A stretch of 61,900 nt of DNA from a bacterium (GTDB taxonomy: Bacteria; SZUA-182; DTGQ01; JAFGSM01). Location: NCBI GenBank assembly GCA_049472355.1, contig JBLIRP010000008.1:1-61900 (forward strand). Direction: 5' to 3'. The notes beneath the pieces are model-generated. The model worked only from the letters and a program-made list of their open reading frames with translations, searched no databases and had not been told where the DNA came from. A program made the position numbers and the translations under genes. Shown here piece after piece: positions 31,618 to 43,500 of this stretch; within the stretch, counting starts at the first letter, position 1, and each line of letters opens with the position of its first letter.

Positions 31618-32372
31618 TTCGGCGGATCAAGCGAAGCCTGAGGCCCCTGTTCTACCGGTACTTCGAATACGCCCACGTGGTGAGGACGTTCGAGTGGTCG
31701 GTCATCAGCAGGTGGCTCAAGCCAGCCCCCGGTGACCTCATCCTGGACATCGGCTGCGGCCACGGACATTTCGTCCGAAGGCTGTGGAGGCCAGGCCTCA
31801 GGATCCTGGGCATCGACCTGCATGAAAACGGTATCGGCATCGCCCGGCAATACAACAATCCCGACGGGTGCGCCTTTCTCCGGGCGAATGCCATGTCCCT
31901 TCCCTTTGCAGGCGAACGGTTCGACAGGGTGATGAGCGTCTGCTCCTTCGAGCACTTCAGCGATGACGACAGGGCGATACGGGAGGCGAACCGGGTCCTG
32001 AAGCGGCAGGGCACCCTCGTCCTGAGCGTGGACAGCTTTAGCTATCCGGGCATCAGCGAATCCTACAGGGAGCGGTGCAGGAAGAAGCACGCGGTGTGCC
32101 AATTCTATACGAACGGCGAGCTGCGGGGAAAGCTGGAGCGGGCAGGGTTCAGCATCCTCAACGAGCGGTGCGTGATCTCCTCGCCCCTTGCAGCACTGGG
32201 ATACCGGCTGGGCACCTTCTTCCGGTGGTCGGGCATCGACTTCATGGACCCCCTCCTCTTTATCCTGCTCTTTCCGGTCTCCTTCCTCTTCGAACAGATC
32301 CTTGGATTGCGCCTCAAAGAAAAGGGATACATACTCGTCATGGAGGCGCGAAAGGTGGCGTGTCCCTCATGA
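31608..32372 (+). CDS. Class I SAM-dependent methyltransferase
   Basis: LDIGCGHG, LPF...FD, EH, RVLK..G. Confidence 0.87.
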   Translation: MPVIRRIKRSLRPLFYRYFEYAHVVRTFEWSVISRWLKPAPGDLILDIGCGHGHFVRRLWRPGLRILGIDLHENGIGIARQYNNPDGCAFLRANAMSLPFAGERFDRVMSVCSFEHFSDDDRAIREANRVLKRQGTLVLSVDSFSYPGISESYRERCRKKHAVCQFYTNGELRGKLERAGFSILNERCVISSPLAALGYRLGTFFRWSGIDFMDPLLFILLFPVSFLFEQILGLRLKEKGYILVMEARKVACPS

Positions 32373-33580
32373 GGGTCCTGATCGTCGCGCCCTTTTTCCC
32401 TCTGCCGCTTGACAGCGGCGGCGCAATCCGCATCTACAACCTGGTCCGGCATCTTTCCCGGTTCCATGAGATCACCCTCCTGAGCTACATCAAGGCGGAT
32501 CAATATCCCCTCCTGAGCGAACTGGAGCCGTATTGCCGCGTCGTTGCGCTCCCCTTTCCCGAGATGGCACGGTCGTGGCCCATGCATGCATGGCACCTCT
32601 TCTCCCGGCTTCCCTATTCCCTGGTATACATCGACCGCCGGTTCAGGGACCTGCTTGCGGAGGTATGCCGGGAGTCATGGGACATCATCCAGATCGAGTT
32701 CCTCCCCTTTGCCCACTATGCGGACATCCTGCCGAGGTCCGCACGGCGGGTGGTGGTTGAGCACTACATAGCGCTGGAGGCGCGAAAGAGACTGGTGGGC
32801 CTGTGGAAATGGGGCCTGAGGAAATTGTACTATGCATGGGAGCTTAGGAAGATACGCGCCTATGAGCAGGGGGTCCTCGACCGTTTCGACCTGTGCCTTG
32901 TCACCAGCACCGCCCACGAGGCGCTCCTGCGGTGGTGGGGTGTGCGCACCATGATCAGGGTGAGCCCGAACGGGGTGGATGCAACCTACTTTTCCCCGCC
33001 GAGCGGGCATGCCCCTCCGAACGCGGAGCCCGGCCCGCCCACCCTGGTGTACATGGGGGCCTTTCACCTGGAGCCTGCGAACATCGACGGCCTGACCTAC
33101 CTGCTTAAGGATATCCTCCCGCTCATACAGCAGGAGGTCCCTGACCTCAGGCTGGAGATCATCGGCAAGGGCCTTCCCCGCTCATTTGAAAAGATATATA
33201 AAGGCGATCGGATACATTTTTACGGCTACCTCGACGACATCCGGCCGGTCCTGGGCAGGGCCGGTGCATTCGTCCTCCCCTTGCGGGGAGGGTCAGGCAC
33301 CAAGATACGCATTCTCACCGCCATGGCCATGGGGATTCCGGTGGTGGCGACCTCCATAGCCGCCGATGGGATCGAGGCCCGGGACGGATGGCACCTGCTG
33401 ATCGCTGACGACCCCCGGGTGTTTGCACAGAAGGCCGTTCAGCTTCTCAAGGACCCCCGGCTGCGCAGCACCATCGGCAGGGCGGGCCGCAGTCTGGTGG
33501 AGGAACGCTACACCTGGAAGCGGGTGGCGGACGACCTGGATGCCATATATCGCGGTCTTTCCAGAGTCGGGAGGAATTGA
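32369..33580 (+). CDS. GT4 glycosyltransferase
   Basis: P.PLDSGGAIRIYN, PNGVD, PLRGGSGTKIRIL.AMAMG.PVV. Confidence 0.88.
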   Translation: MRVLIVAPFFPLPLDSGGAIRIYNLVRHLSRFHEITLLSYIKADQYPLLSELEPYCRVVALPFPEMARSWPMHAWHLFSRLPYSLVYIDRRFRDLLAEVCRESWDIIQIEFLPFAHYADILPRSARRVVVEHYIALEARKRLVGLWKWGLRKLYYAWELRKIRAYEQGVLDRFDLCLVTSTAHEALLRWWGVRTMIRVSPNGVDATYFSPPSGHAPPNAEPGPPTLVYMGAFHLEPANIDGLTYLLKDILPLIQQEVPDLRLEIIGKGLPRSFEKIYKGDRIHFYGYLDDIRPVLGRAGAFVLPLRGGSGTKIRILTAMAMGIPVVATSIAADGIEARDGWHLLIADDPRVFAQKAVQLLKDPRLRSTIGRAGRSLVEERYTWKRVADDLDAIYRGLSRVGRN

Positions 33581-33583
33581 GCA

Positions 33584-34756
33584 GTGGAGACCCATCCCTA
33601 CGGGAAATGGAGCCGGGGAATCCACGAACGCATGTCCTCCCGGCGGGTCCCCCTGAGCTGTTCGGTGGAGGTCACCAGGCGCTGCCCCCTCTCCTGCCGC
33701 CACTGCTACAACAATCTCCCCCTGGGGGACCGCAAGGCCGCACACGATGAGATGAGTTGCGAGGAGCATTGCCGCATCCTCGACCAGTTGGCGGAGGCGG
33801 GGTGCCTGTGGCTTTTGTACACAGGCGGCGAGCCCTTCGCCCGGGGGGATTTTCCGGACATCTATCGATATGCCAAGGGCAAGGGCATGCTCATCACCCT
33901 CTTCACCAACGGCGTTCTGATCAGCGAGCGGATCGCCGATCACCTGGCTGCATGGCCCCCCTTCTCCATCGAGATTACCCTCTACGGTCGCACCAGGGAG
34001 GTCCACGAGCAGGTGACCCGCGTGCCCGGCTCCTATGATGGGTGCATGCGCGGCATCACGCTTCTCATGGAGCAGGGCCTTCCCCTCCGGCTCAAGACGG
34101 TGGCCCTCACCATCAACCGGCATGAGATCGGGGAGATGCAGCGATTCGCAGAAGAGGATCTGGGGGTGGAATTCAAGTACGATCCCATGATCAACCCCCG
34201 GATCGATTGCTCCAGGGCGCCGCTCGCACTGCGCCTTTCACCCGCCGAGATCGTGGCGCTCGACCTCCGGGACCCGCAGCGGGCCATGGAGTGGCGGGAG
34301 TTCGCCGGACGGTGCGGTACCCCAGCCGGGACGCCATCCACCGGACACGACCTCTACCTGTGCGGCGGCGGCGTCAACTCCTGCGCCGTCGATCCCTACG
34401 GCATGCTGCACCTGTGTGTGCTCTCCTCCGCTGCCGGGTACGACCTCCGGAAGGGAAGCCTTTGCGAGGGGTGGGAGCGGTTCCTCCTCGATATCAGGAA
34501 CACACGGGCATCCCGTCACACCAAATGCCTGACGTGCGGCCTCAGGGCCATGTGCGGCATGTGTCCGGCAAACGGCGAGCTGGAGTGCACGGACCCCGAG
34601 TCCCCGGTGGACTTCCTGTGCCGGGTGGCGCACCTTCGTGCATACGCCCTGGGCATCCCGGCCCCCCCCCACGGCGATTGCGAGTACTGTCCGGGGGGGA
34701 AGGGGTACGAGGAGATGATGCGCACGGCGGAGTCGCTCGCAAAGGGATGCTGCTGA
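33584..34756 (+). CDS. Radical SAM/SPASM putative peptide maturase
   Basis: CPLSCRHC, TGGEP; SPASM cysteines YLCGGG...LHLC and KCLTC...CGMCP...FLC; extra HGDCEYC tail. Starts 3 nt after the last glycosyltransferase. Confidence 0.9.
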   Translation: METHPYGKWSRGIHERMSSRRVPLSCSVEVTRRCPLSCRHCYNNLPLGDRKAAHDEMSCEEHCRILDQLAEAGCLWLLYTGGEPFARGDFPDIYRYAKGKGMLITLFTNGVLISERIADHLAAWPPFSIEITLYGRTREVHEQVTRVPGSYDGCMRGITLLMEQGLPLRLKTVALTINRHEIGEMQRFAEEDLGVEFKYDPMINPRIDCSRAPLALRLSPAEIVALDLRDPQRAMEWREFAGRCGTPAGTPSTGHDLYLCGGGVNSCAVDPYGMLHLCVLSSAAGYDLRKGSLCEGWERFLLDIRNTRASRHTKCLTCGLRAMCGMCPANGELECTDPESPVDFLCRVAHLRAYALGIPAPPHGDCEYCPGGKGYEEMMRTAESLAKGCC

Positions 34757-34759
34757 TCC

Positions 34760-35218
34760 ATGCACCCGAGCCCGGTCCTCACCCCCTCCTCGCTTTCCTG
34801 GGGGCACAATCTTTTTTGCGAGGTATGCTCATCCCTCCTGCTCGAGGGGTATGCCGTCCGCTTCAGCGCGCCGGGAAGGAGCATGTACCCCACCATCCTC
34901 GACGGTGACGCAGTCACCGTACATCCGGTAAAGGAATCCGTGATCAGGCGAGGGCACATCCTTCTGTGCCGGTACAAGGGCAGGGTCATCGCCCACCGGG
35001 TCGTTCGCATCGAACGCCGGGATGGGAATACACCGCTCTACACCCTCCGTGGAGACTCCCACGGGGCACCCGAGGAAGTGGTGGATGCCGGTGATGTGCT
35101 GGGCATGGTGCGCTCGGTGGAGCGCAGCGGCCGCAGCATCGATGTGTCCCGTCGGCAACCGAGCCTTCCCCGGATCGCCCGCAGCCTCGTCAGCCGCATC
35201 GCGCGACTCCTTTCCTGA
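34760..35218 (+). CDS. S24/S26 family peptidase (signal-peptidase-like)
   Basis: GRSMYPTI.DGD (catalytic Ser), IAHRV, LRGD. No TM anchor. Confidence 0.8.
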   Translation: MHPSPVLTPSSLSWGHNLFCEVCSSLLLEGYAVRFSAPGRSMYPTILDGDAVTVHPVKESVIRRGHILLCRYKGRVIAHRVVRIERRDGNTPLYTLRGDSHGAPEEVVDAGDVLGMVRSVERSGRSIDVSRRQPSLPRIARSLVSRIARLLS

Positions 35219-35260
35219 TCCATCCTCGATAATCAATCCTCCTCGATAACGATTCACACC

Positions 35261-35350
35261 TCACAGAACTGTCCACGCATCAGATAGCAGTCCTTCCCTT
35301 TTTGTGTCTTCCCTTTCATTATCTTCCGACTCGTCTACTGCTATGATCAT
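35261..35350 (-). pseudogene. Truncated VapC/PIN toxin remnant
   Basis: Coupled by a TAATG overlap to the abrB-like gene; reads MIIAVD, then unrelated sequence, and stops after 29 aa. Confidence 0.5.
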
Positions 35351-35580
35351 TATGCCTTTCCGCGGAGATCATCGATAATCTCATCCGAATCCCTCCCTTT
35401 CAAGTGCGAGAGGAACCCCGTGTAGTTTCTTAGATTTTCTATTGAGGCCCTATGTCCCTTAACAAGGACAACCTTGCCCGCATCCTCTATAAAAACAACC
35501 TCATCGCCAGGCTTTATTCCCAACTTTTTCCTTATTTCCAGCGGGATGGTCACCTGGCCTTTTTGTGTTACCTTTGACAT
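35350..35580 (-). CDS. AbrB/MazE/SpoVT family antitoxin
   Basis: SKVTQKGQVTIPLEIRKKLGIKPGDEV; GGAG RBS upstream of ATG 35580. Confidence 0.9.
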   Translation of the reverse strand: MSKVTQKGQVTIPLEIRKKLGIKPGDEVVFIEDAGKVVLVKGHRASIENLRNYTGFLSHLKGRDSDEIIDDLRGKA

Positions 35581-35804
35581 ATTCGCCATCTCCATGGGTC
35601 TTTCGTTAAGAATTACCAATGGTATTTTGTTTGTCACGTATGAAGGGAAGGATCACCAATCCACGGCTGCAAAGAACCTTGGATGGGAGCATACAAAACT
35701 GAATGGGCATTCCCTTGCAATTTAATTGTGTAATGATTAATGTTATAGTAACAATCAATTGCTTGTAAAGCAGGCCTTTGTCATTAAGGAAAAAGGGCTA
35801 CACA

Positions 35805-36281
35805 ATGACAGCCGCAAGAAAAAGGGATACGCCGCCTCCCCCTCCCGATGCAGTTAAGGAATTGCTTCACGCCTTTTTTGAGAATCATCCCGAGGTGATT
35901 CTGGCGTATCTCTTTGGATCATTCATTACACGAAAAACCGGTTCGTTCAATGACATAGACATTGCCGTCCTTGTTATCCCCGAGCGCCTGGAAGAACTTG
36001 ACCGGTCATCGCCCTACGGATACGCCGCCTATGTGATTGCGGAGTTGGCCCATCTGCTGAAGTACGACCGGATTGACTTGACCATCCTGAACCGGGCACC
36101 GCCCCTCCTGTTGAGGCGGGTCATCGGCGAGGGGATGCTCGTGTTTTGCCGCTCTGAGTCGGATCGTGTTCGCTTCGAGGTTGCGTCGTTAAAAAGGTAT
36201 GCGGATACGGCGCATCTTCGCACAATTAAAAGACATTACATGAGGCAACGAATCAAGAAAGGTAAGGCTTCGTATGCTTGA
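35805..36281 (+). CDS. MNT minimal nucleotidyltransferase antitoxin (MntA-like)
   Basis: AYLFGS-x10-DIDIAV, IDL..LN.APP.L. Confidence 0.88.
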   Translation: MTAARKRDTPPPPPDAVKELLHAFFENHPEVILAYLFGSFITRKTGSFNDIDIAVLVIPERLEELDRSSPYGYAAYVIAELAHLLKYDRIDLTILNRAPPLLLRRVIGEGMLVFCRSESDRVRFEVASLKRYADTAHLRTIKRHYMRQRIKKGKASYA

Positions 36282-36705
36282 TCGACCGGTTATCGAGCAA
36301 CATCTGCTCACCATGGAAGAGGCACTGGCAAATCTCGAACGATACCGGGATGTTTCATCGTCGGATTTCGAAAATGACCTGAGCCTTATCTGGATTGCCG
36401 AGAAGGGACTGGAGATCCTGATCCAGAATCTCTTGGATATCGGCGCCCATATCCTTGCCTCGGAGATCAGAAACGATTGGGATGATTACAGAGAAATCAT
36501 CCGCAAACTCGGCCACCATGGGATCCTTCCAGGGGATTTTGCAGAAAGGATTCAGGGCATGGCCGGTCTTCGAAATATTCTGATCCATGATTACATAAGG
36601 GTAGATGTGGGAAAGATATATGATGTTCTGAAAAACCGGCTTGGAGATTTCGTGGAGTTTATGTCATATATTCAGAGATATATGGAATCCATCAACCGCC
36701 GTTAA
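36274..36705 (+). CDS. HEPN/DUF86 RNase toxin (HepT-like)
   Basis: Rx4HxY motif RNILIHDY; overlaps the MNT gene. Confidence 0.9.
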   Translation: MLDRPVIEQHLLTMEEALANLERYRDVSSSDFENDLSLIWIAEKGLEILIQNLLDIGAHILASEIRNDWDDYREIIRKLGHHGILPGDFAERIQGMAGLRNILIHDYIRVDVGKIYDVLKNRLGDFVEFMSYIQRYMESINRR

Positions 36706-37050
36706 TAACCCCGTCTGCACGACCTGAGGCCTATTTCCTCCTCAACGGTTCCCTTCTATATCCCCTTGTAACACCCGTTTCCGTCCTTGATTACCATCAA
36801 TCCCATCGCACGCATTTTTTCAGGCAGACGAATTCCGTAAGGTATCGACGTGGTTGTATGGTAAAAACGAGGGTGTTTGCATGGCTTGTTGCCGCGAATC
36901 GTCACCATGTGACATGAATTGTCAGTATCGAGGAAACGATTCGAGCGTTCGAGAGACCCGTAGGGCACATTCATTCGCGGGCACACGGGTGTACCCGTTC
37001 CACCTTCCTGTCCTGCAATGTGGTGGGCTGTTTCAATAAAACAGTGCTAA

Positions 37051-37089
37051 TTGACAAAAATTGTTAATCGGATGACATAAAGTGTCATC
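37051..37089 (+). promoter_or_regulatory. Tandem palindromic operator/UAS sites (TGACA-N5-TGTYA, two copies)
   Basis: TTGACAAAAATTGTTAA (37051-37067) and the perfect palindrome GATGACATAAAGTGTCATC (37071-37089). Confidence 0.55.
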
Positions 37090-37162
37090 AAAATCACCGT
37101 ACATCATGAGGCTTCTTCTGTAAAATAATAATAATAACAAATAGATATAAGATTTTCAGTGC

Positions 37163-37178
37163 AGGCACGGTATATGCT
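37163..37178 (+). promoter_or_regulatory. Putative sigma-54 promoter of the giant C25 gene
   Basis: AGGCACGGTATATGCT (GG-N10-GC), preceded by an AT-rich tract and tandem palindromes. Confidence 0.6.
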
Positions 37179-37510
37179 CTAAAACAATACGGCCGTAAAG
37201 GGGTATGCCTGCACGGTGGCGCAAAAAAGATATTTTGATATATTTTACAGTACGTTAATGCATTTCGCCGATGTTTGGTGAAGGGAATGACGATATACGT
37301 ATATTAGAAAAGGTCTGTATGCGAACAGAGAGGCCACGGTTATGGAAGAGGGACACAAAAAAATGATGTGTATTGCATGGGGCGGCCGGCGGCGATCGTG
37401 AGACGCTGATTCCGGCGGGTATTCACCTGGACCTCCTACCTTGCTGAAAAGGATTGCCTGCCCGGGCGATCGGTTTTGCCGATAGATGATCCTTTACGGG
37501 GGGAGGTCAC

Positions 37511-40500
37511 ATGAACGCAATACAACGGATTTTCCGGCACCCGGCAGTCATTGCCGTGTTCCTGGGTGTTCTTGTTGCCCTGCTTCCGCTGTGCGCGGCG
37601 CGGGCTGCCGTGTATTCAAACTCCACCTCCATCAGCATCCCCGATTCCGGCGCTGCCACGCCCTATCCATCGACTATTACGGTCCCAAGCACCTCCGGCA
37701 CCGTCACCAAGGTCATGGTGAAGTTCATCGGGCTCAGCCATACATGGCCGGATGACATAGATATACTCCTGGAAGGTCCCGGCGGGCAGACGATCATGCT
37801 CATGTCTGACCAGGGCGGCGGCGGGGCTGTAAGCGGCGTCACCCTGACCTTTGACGATAACGCAACCGAGGATATTCCCGATGGGGTAGGTGTCGTTTCC
37901 GGCATGTACAAGCCCTGCGAGACCACCCAGGGCGACACCCTCCCTTCTCCTGCCCCCTCGTCCCCCTACACGGGCACACAGCTTTCGGTATTCAATGGTG
38001 TGGCCCCCCAGGGCGATTGGGACCTATATGTCATAGATGATGCCGGCGGTGACAGCGGCTCCATCTCGGGCGGGTGGGAGTTGATCATCATCACGGACGA
38101 GGAGAGCGATATCTATCGCCTCGGCGGCTGGCACACCGGCCTCACCGGGTATACCGCCCCCTCCGGCACGAACCGTCTCCTTGTCTTTGTCTCCGGTTAT
38201 GAACATGGCCCTGTAGGCGATTCCGATATTACGAATGTCACCTATGGCGGCGTTCCCATGACCGAGGCGGTGGGTTGCATCACCTCAGCAAGCGGTGTTA
38301 AGGCCCGATGTGAGATCTGGTATCTTCTCGATGCGGGCATTCCGGGCGGCAGCAACGATTTTGCTGTAAGTTATTCTATTTCTCCCATTGATGTTGGAAT
38401 GTTGGATGCATCAATAGCCGATCCAACACAGACTACCAATATTTATATAAATTATGTGAATCCCGCCAATGCAAATGGTTATTTGAACAAAATTACATGT
38501 AATGTAAATACCGTTGGAGATGGTGACTTCCGTGTCTTTACCTGCAGCAAGAGTGGCAGTAACTTCACTGTCAGGGACTTTGCAAATTTAACCGTTACTG
38601 CCACGGGTGAACAAACCCATTCAGTCAATTTGCAGGTAAACAGTGGTGATTATTTGGGATTCTGGTGTAATACACTACGGCTTGAAAGAGGCGATGAAGG
38701 GGCCATACAATATTATTATGAAAATCCGGCGGGATTGCCGACTGTTCCTGGTATTGGAACGGTATATTCATGCAGTTTTGGAGATCGAAATTTAAATATA
38801 TTATTGTATGGCGAATATGTAGCCCCGAATGATCCCTTTCATGCGGCTGCGACCTATGCCAACGTAAACCAGGCAGACCCGTTTGAAGATACCGCTCAAA
38901 ACGAGGATTCGGTTGACCCGATTACCAATCCTATCGAGGTAACCGGCAATGTGGTTGAAGGAGGCATAGCCATTGCAGGCGCCGTGGCCGGGGACACCGA
39001 TCCCTATACCTGGGGAAACGGCTGGGACACGTGTTCGAATCAGGATACCGTCGAGGCGGCGATGAGTACGGCAGAGCACATGATCACGGCAACCGGCACG
39101 GATACGGCGAGTGCATATCATTCAGGCACCAACCATTATCGCCAGGTCATCGTTGCGGTGAGCCTCAATCCGTTAGTGGGGCTAAGCCTTTCCAACCACG
39201 CCGCGGGCCAGGAGGGGGACAAGTTCGGCACGGGTGCATCGGTCACCGGCGCGGAGCTCTTCGCCTTCAAGTTGACGAACAACGGCACTTCGGATGCGAC
39301 CGTGGATACGGTGGAGTTCCAGCTCTCCTCGGTCACGGGTATTGTGCAGGGGGATTTCGCGAACCTTGCGATATACATAGACACCGACAACGACGGGACC
39401 ATCGAGGCGGGGGAGATCACCACGGTGGGCGGGGCAGGCGCGGTAGATGCCGGGGTGACCACCATCACCTTTCTTGCCGACTTCACCGTTTCAGCGGGCG
39501 CTACGGTCAACTACATCCTGAAGGGGGATGTGAGCAACCTCGCCGAGGGGGATGAACTCACCATCAGCCTGGCTACAGGCAATGTCACCCTCACTGCAGG
39601 GAGCACGGGCGGCTCAGGCACCACCAGCGTCACCCACGAAAAGGAATTTTACTATGCCCACCGCAGGCGTATCACCATCGACCACACCCTGATAGGGGTG
39701 GACTGTGCATCCGACCTCATCGATTTTCCCTTCCTTTTCGAGATGACGGACAACGACCTGAAGGGAACGGCAAGCGGCGGATGCATCGAGAACGCAAACG
39801 GCTACGACATCATCTTTATGGATGAGTCGTGCACGATCCAGCTCGATCACGAGGTGGAGCTGTACGACAGTGCCGCCGGCAGGATGGTGGCCTGGGTGAG
39901 GATTCCCGTCCTCTCGTACACCGCCGACACGGCCATCTACATCTGCTACGGCAACAGCGGCATCACCTCACCCACGGAGAACCCCGAAGGGGTGTGGGAC
40001 TCCAATTACGCAGGGGTGTGGCATTTAAAGGAAACCGACATCGACGGAGGACCCGGGGACATAAAGGACAGCACCTCCAACGCACATCACGGCACGACCT
40101 TCGGCATGGATATAAATGATCAGGTGGCAGGAAAGATTGACGGCTCATTTGATTTTGACGGTGGTGATTATGTCGGCCTGTCAAATGATTCTTTCAGCAC
40201 GTTATCGAGCGTTACGGTTGAGGCTTGGGTTAAGACAAATAACAGTTCCGCCCAACAGACGCTTTTTGATGCCAAAGAGGGCACGGATGCCAATGATTCA
40301 TTTGGATTGGGTATCTATTCGAACAAATTCAGGGTCTGGGTTAAGCGGGGAGTTGCATATACAGCCATATCCTCAGATAATGCCCTCGCGGATGGCAGTT
40401 GGTATCACTTTGTGGGCATGTGCGGTTTATCAGGATTAAAGATGTATGTTAACGGCTTGGAACAATTGGCTACCAGCCCCACAACGGATTGTCTGGATGA

Positions 40501-43500
40501 TTTGCCCACCCCGCAGAAAAACTATATCGGTGTGGAAGACTATGTTGGGGTTTTGCAGGCCTATTGGAACGGCATAATCGATGAAGTCCGCATCTCGAAC
40601 ATCGTGCGCTCGGACTGCTGGGTCGAGACCGAGTACAACAACCACGCCGATCCCAACTTCTACGAGATCGGTCCACAGGAGGGGGTCGTGGACGTGGTCC
40701 TCGCAGACCATGCTGCGGGGCAGGAGGGGGATAAGTTCGACGAGAACGCCTCGGTCATCGGGGCGGAGCTCTTCGCCTTCCAGTTGACCAACAACGAGAC
40801 GAGCGCGGCCACCATTGATCAGGTCGTGTTCCAGCTTTCCTCGGTCTCGGGGATCGCCCAGGGGGATTTCGCAAACCTTTCGATATACATTGACGCCGAC
40901 AACGACGGGACCATCGAGGCAGGGGAGTCCACCACGGTGGGCGGAGCAGGTGCCGTGAATGCCGGGGTGACCACCATCACCTTCGGCACCGACTTCGACA
41001 TCGCAGCGGGTGCCACGGTAAACTATATCCTCAAGGGGGACGTGGCCAGCCTGATCCCGAATGACACGATCACCATCGATCTGGGGCCGGACAACGTCAT
41101 TGTCCTCGGATCGGGGACTGCATCGGGCAATGATGCTGCATCTGCCGTACATTCCTCCATATCCGGTTTCGGGTACAAAAAACAGATCACCATCGACCAG
41201 TCCGTAATCGGGCCGAGCTGCGGCTCGGACCTCATCGATTTTCCCTTCCTTATCCAGATAGATAACGATACGAACCTCAGGAGCACGACAAACGGCGGGC
41301 ACGTTGAGGACCCCAACGGCTGGGACATCGTCTTCACGGATGCCAATAGTGTATGCATTCTTGATCATGAGGTCGAGCTGTATGACGGCGTCAACGGCGA
41401 CCTGGTGGCCTGGGTGAGGATCCCCACGCTCACCTATGATGCGGACACCATCATCTGGATGTATTACGGAAACAGGGGCATCTTCTCCCCCACGGAGAAC
41501 CCGGACGGGGTGTGGGACCCCAATTTCGTGGGGGTATGGCACCTGGAGGAGCAGGTGACCGATGATGCGACGGGCGGCACCCATGAGGACTCGACCGGCG
41601 CCCACGACGGCACCCAGCAATACAACGGACCCATTGCAGGCCAGATCGCGGACGGGCAGGACTTTGATGGATCAGGTGATTTCATTCAAATCGCCGATAG
41701 CGACGCGTTGAGATTCGGCACCGGTGGGACAGACCATCCCTTCTCCGTGTCGGCCTGGGTCTCCGGCGAGACCGACCATGCCCAAATTGTTGGCAAGAAC
41801 TGGGATCCTCCATATGGTGAAGAATTTGATTTCTATATTAGTAGCGGCGGTTATTTCACGTTTGAGGTCTACGACAGCGATGGCCAAGTTATCGGAAGAG
41901 CCAGTACAGCCACGGTTACGGGTGGATGGCAACACCTCGTGGCCACCTATGATGGCAGTAAATCGCCTAATGGCATAAAAATTTATATCGATGGTGCCGA
42001 ACAGGCAACAACAGACGAATCGGATCGCCTTTTGGGATTCTTGTTGTACGATGACATGGCCGCCACCTCGGCCCCGGTCCAGATCGGTGCATACGACGGT
42101 GGCGGGAATGATTGGGATACTGATGGGCAGATCGACGAGGTCCGCATCTCCAACAAGGTCCGTGACCTCTGCTGGATCGAGACCGAGTACCTCAACCAGT
42201 CGGATCCCAACTCCTTCATCGTGGGGCCCGAGATCGGCGTAGCCGTCGAGCTGGGCGACCACGCCGCGGGCCAGGAGCCGGATGCGTTCACCGATGCGGC
42301 CTCGGTCACCGACGCGGAGCTTTTCGCCTTCCATCTGATCAACCGCAGGGGCGTCACGGTTGCGGTCAATGAGATCGTGTTCCCCCTGAGCGCGGTGAGC
42401 GGGATCGTGCAGGGTGATTTCGCCAACCTCGAGATCTATGTGGACACCGACAACGACGGCACCATCGAGGCGGGCGAGGACACCCCGGTAGGAGGAACGG
42501 GGGTGGTGGATGCGGGGTGCACCACCATCACCTTCAGCGAGAACTTCGACATCGCGGCCCTTTCCACGGTGAGCTACATCCTGATCGGAGACGTGGCAAA
42601 CCTGGTGACCGGCGACACCATCACCATAAATCTTGCGCCGGCAAATGTGGCCCCGGTCGCGGATACTACCGGCGGGGTTTCACCGGCAAGCGCCATTCAT
42701 CTTGCCGGCGCCCCCACCCTCACCCAGATCCACGCCCGGTGGCGCAATGACGATGGCGTGGAACAGGCCAGTGGTTTCATCGTTCAGAGCTACCAGGGGA
42801 ACATGGGGGCGCAGTCTTCGGTGGCGGTTCCCATCACGGCCGTATCCAGTCTTGATCGTGCCTTTATTCTCGCCCCTGCCGGAAAGATGTCGGCCGGGCG
42901 CGGCTCCCTCAATGCCAACCAGAATGCGAACGAGGTCCTGGTGAGGGCGCGGTTTACCGCCACAAATCAGGTGACCCTTACCCGCGGAACAAACACGAAC
43001 GACAGTTTGTATTCGTTCTTTGTGGTCGAGGATTTGACCGGGGACGAGATCTATGTGAAGTCCGGGTCCAGCGCCTTTACCGGGAATACGGACGCAGATC
43101 TCGACATCAACGTAGGCGCGGGGATTACGGATTACACCAAGACGGTTGTTTTTCTCACCGTATCGAGCGACAGTGCTGCCACCACTTACTATAACGAGGC
43201 ACATATCCGCGGGTATATGACCTCCAATACCAATCTGGCGCTCAGGAGAACCGCGGGAAACAGCATTGCGACCGTGGACTGGTTCGTGGTGGAGTTCAAG
43301 GGGAGCGGCTGGTCCGTGCAGCAGGGGAATTTTTCACTGACAACCGGCACGCACGCCGCGCCGCAATCCCAGGCAATCGGTGCCGTAACCATGGCGGACA
43401 CCTTTGTCTTCATGAATTGGCAGGCTGACACCAATGGATTGGACCAGACCTCTGCAAAGGTTGAGCTGTCAAACTCAACCACGCTGCGCTTCTCCCGGCA

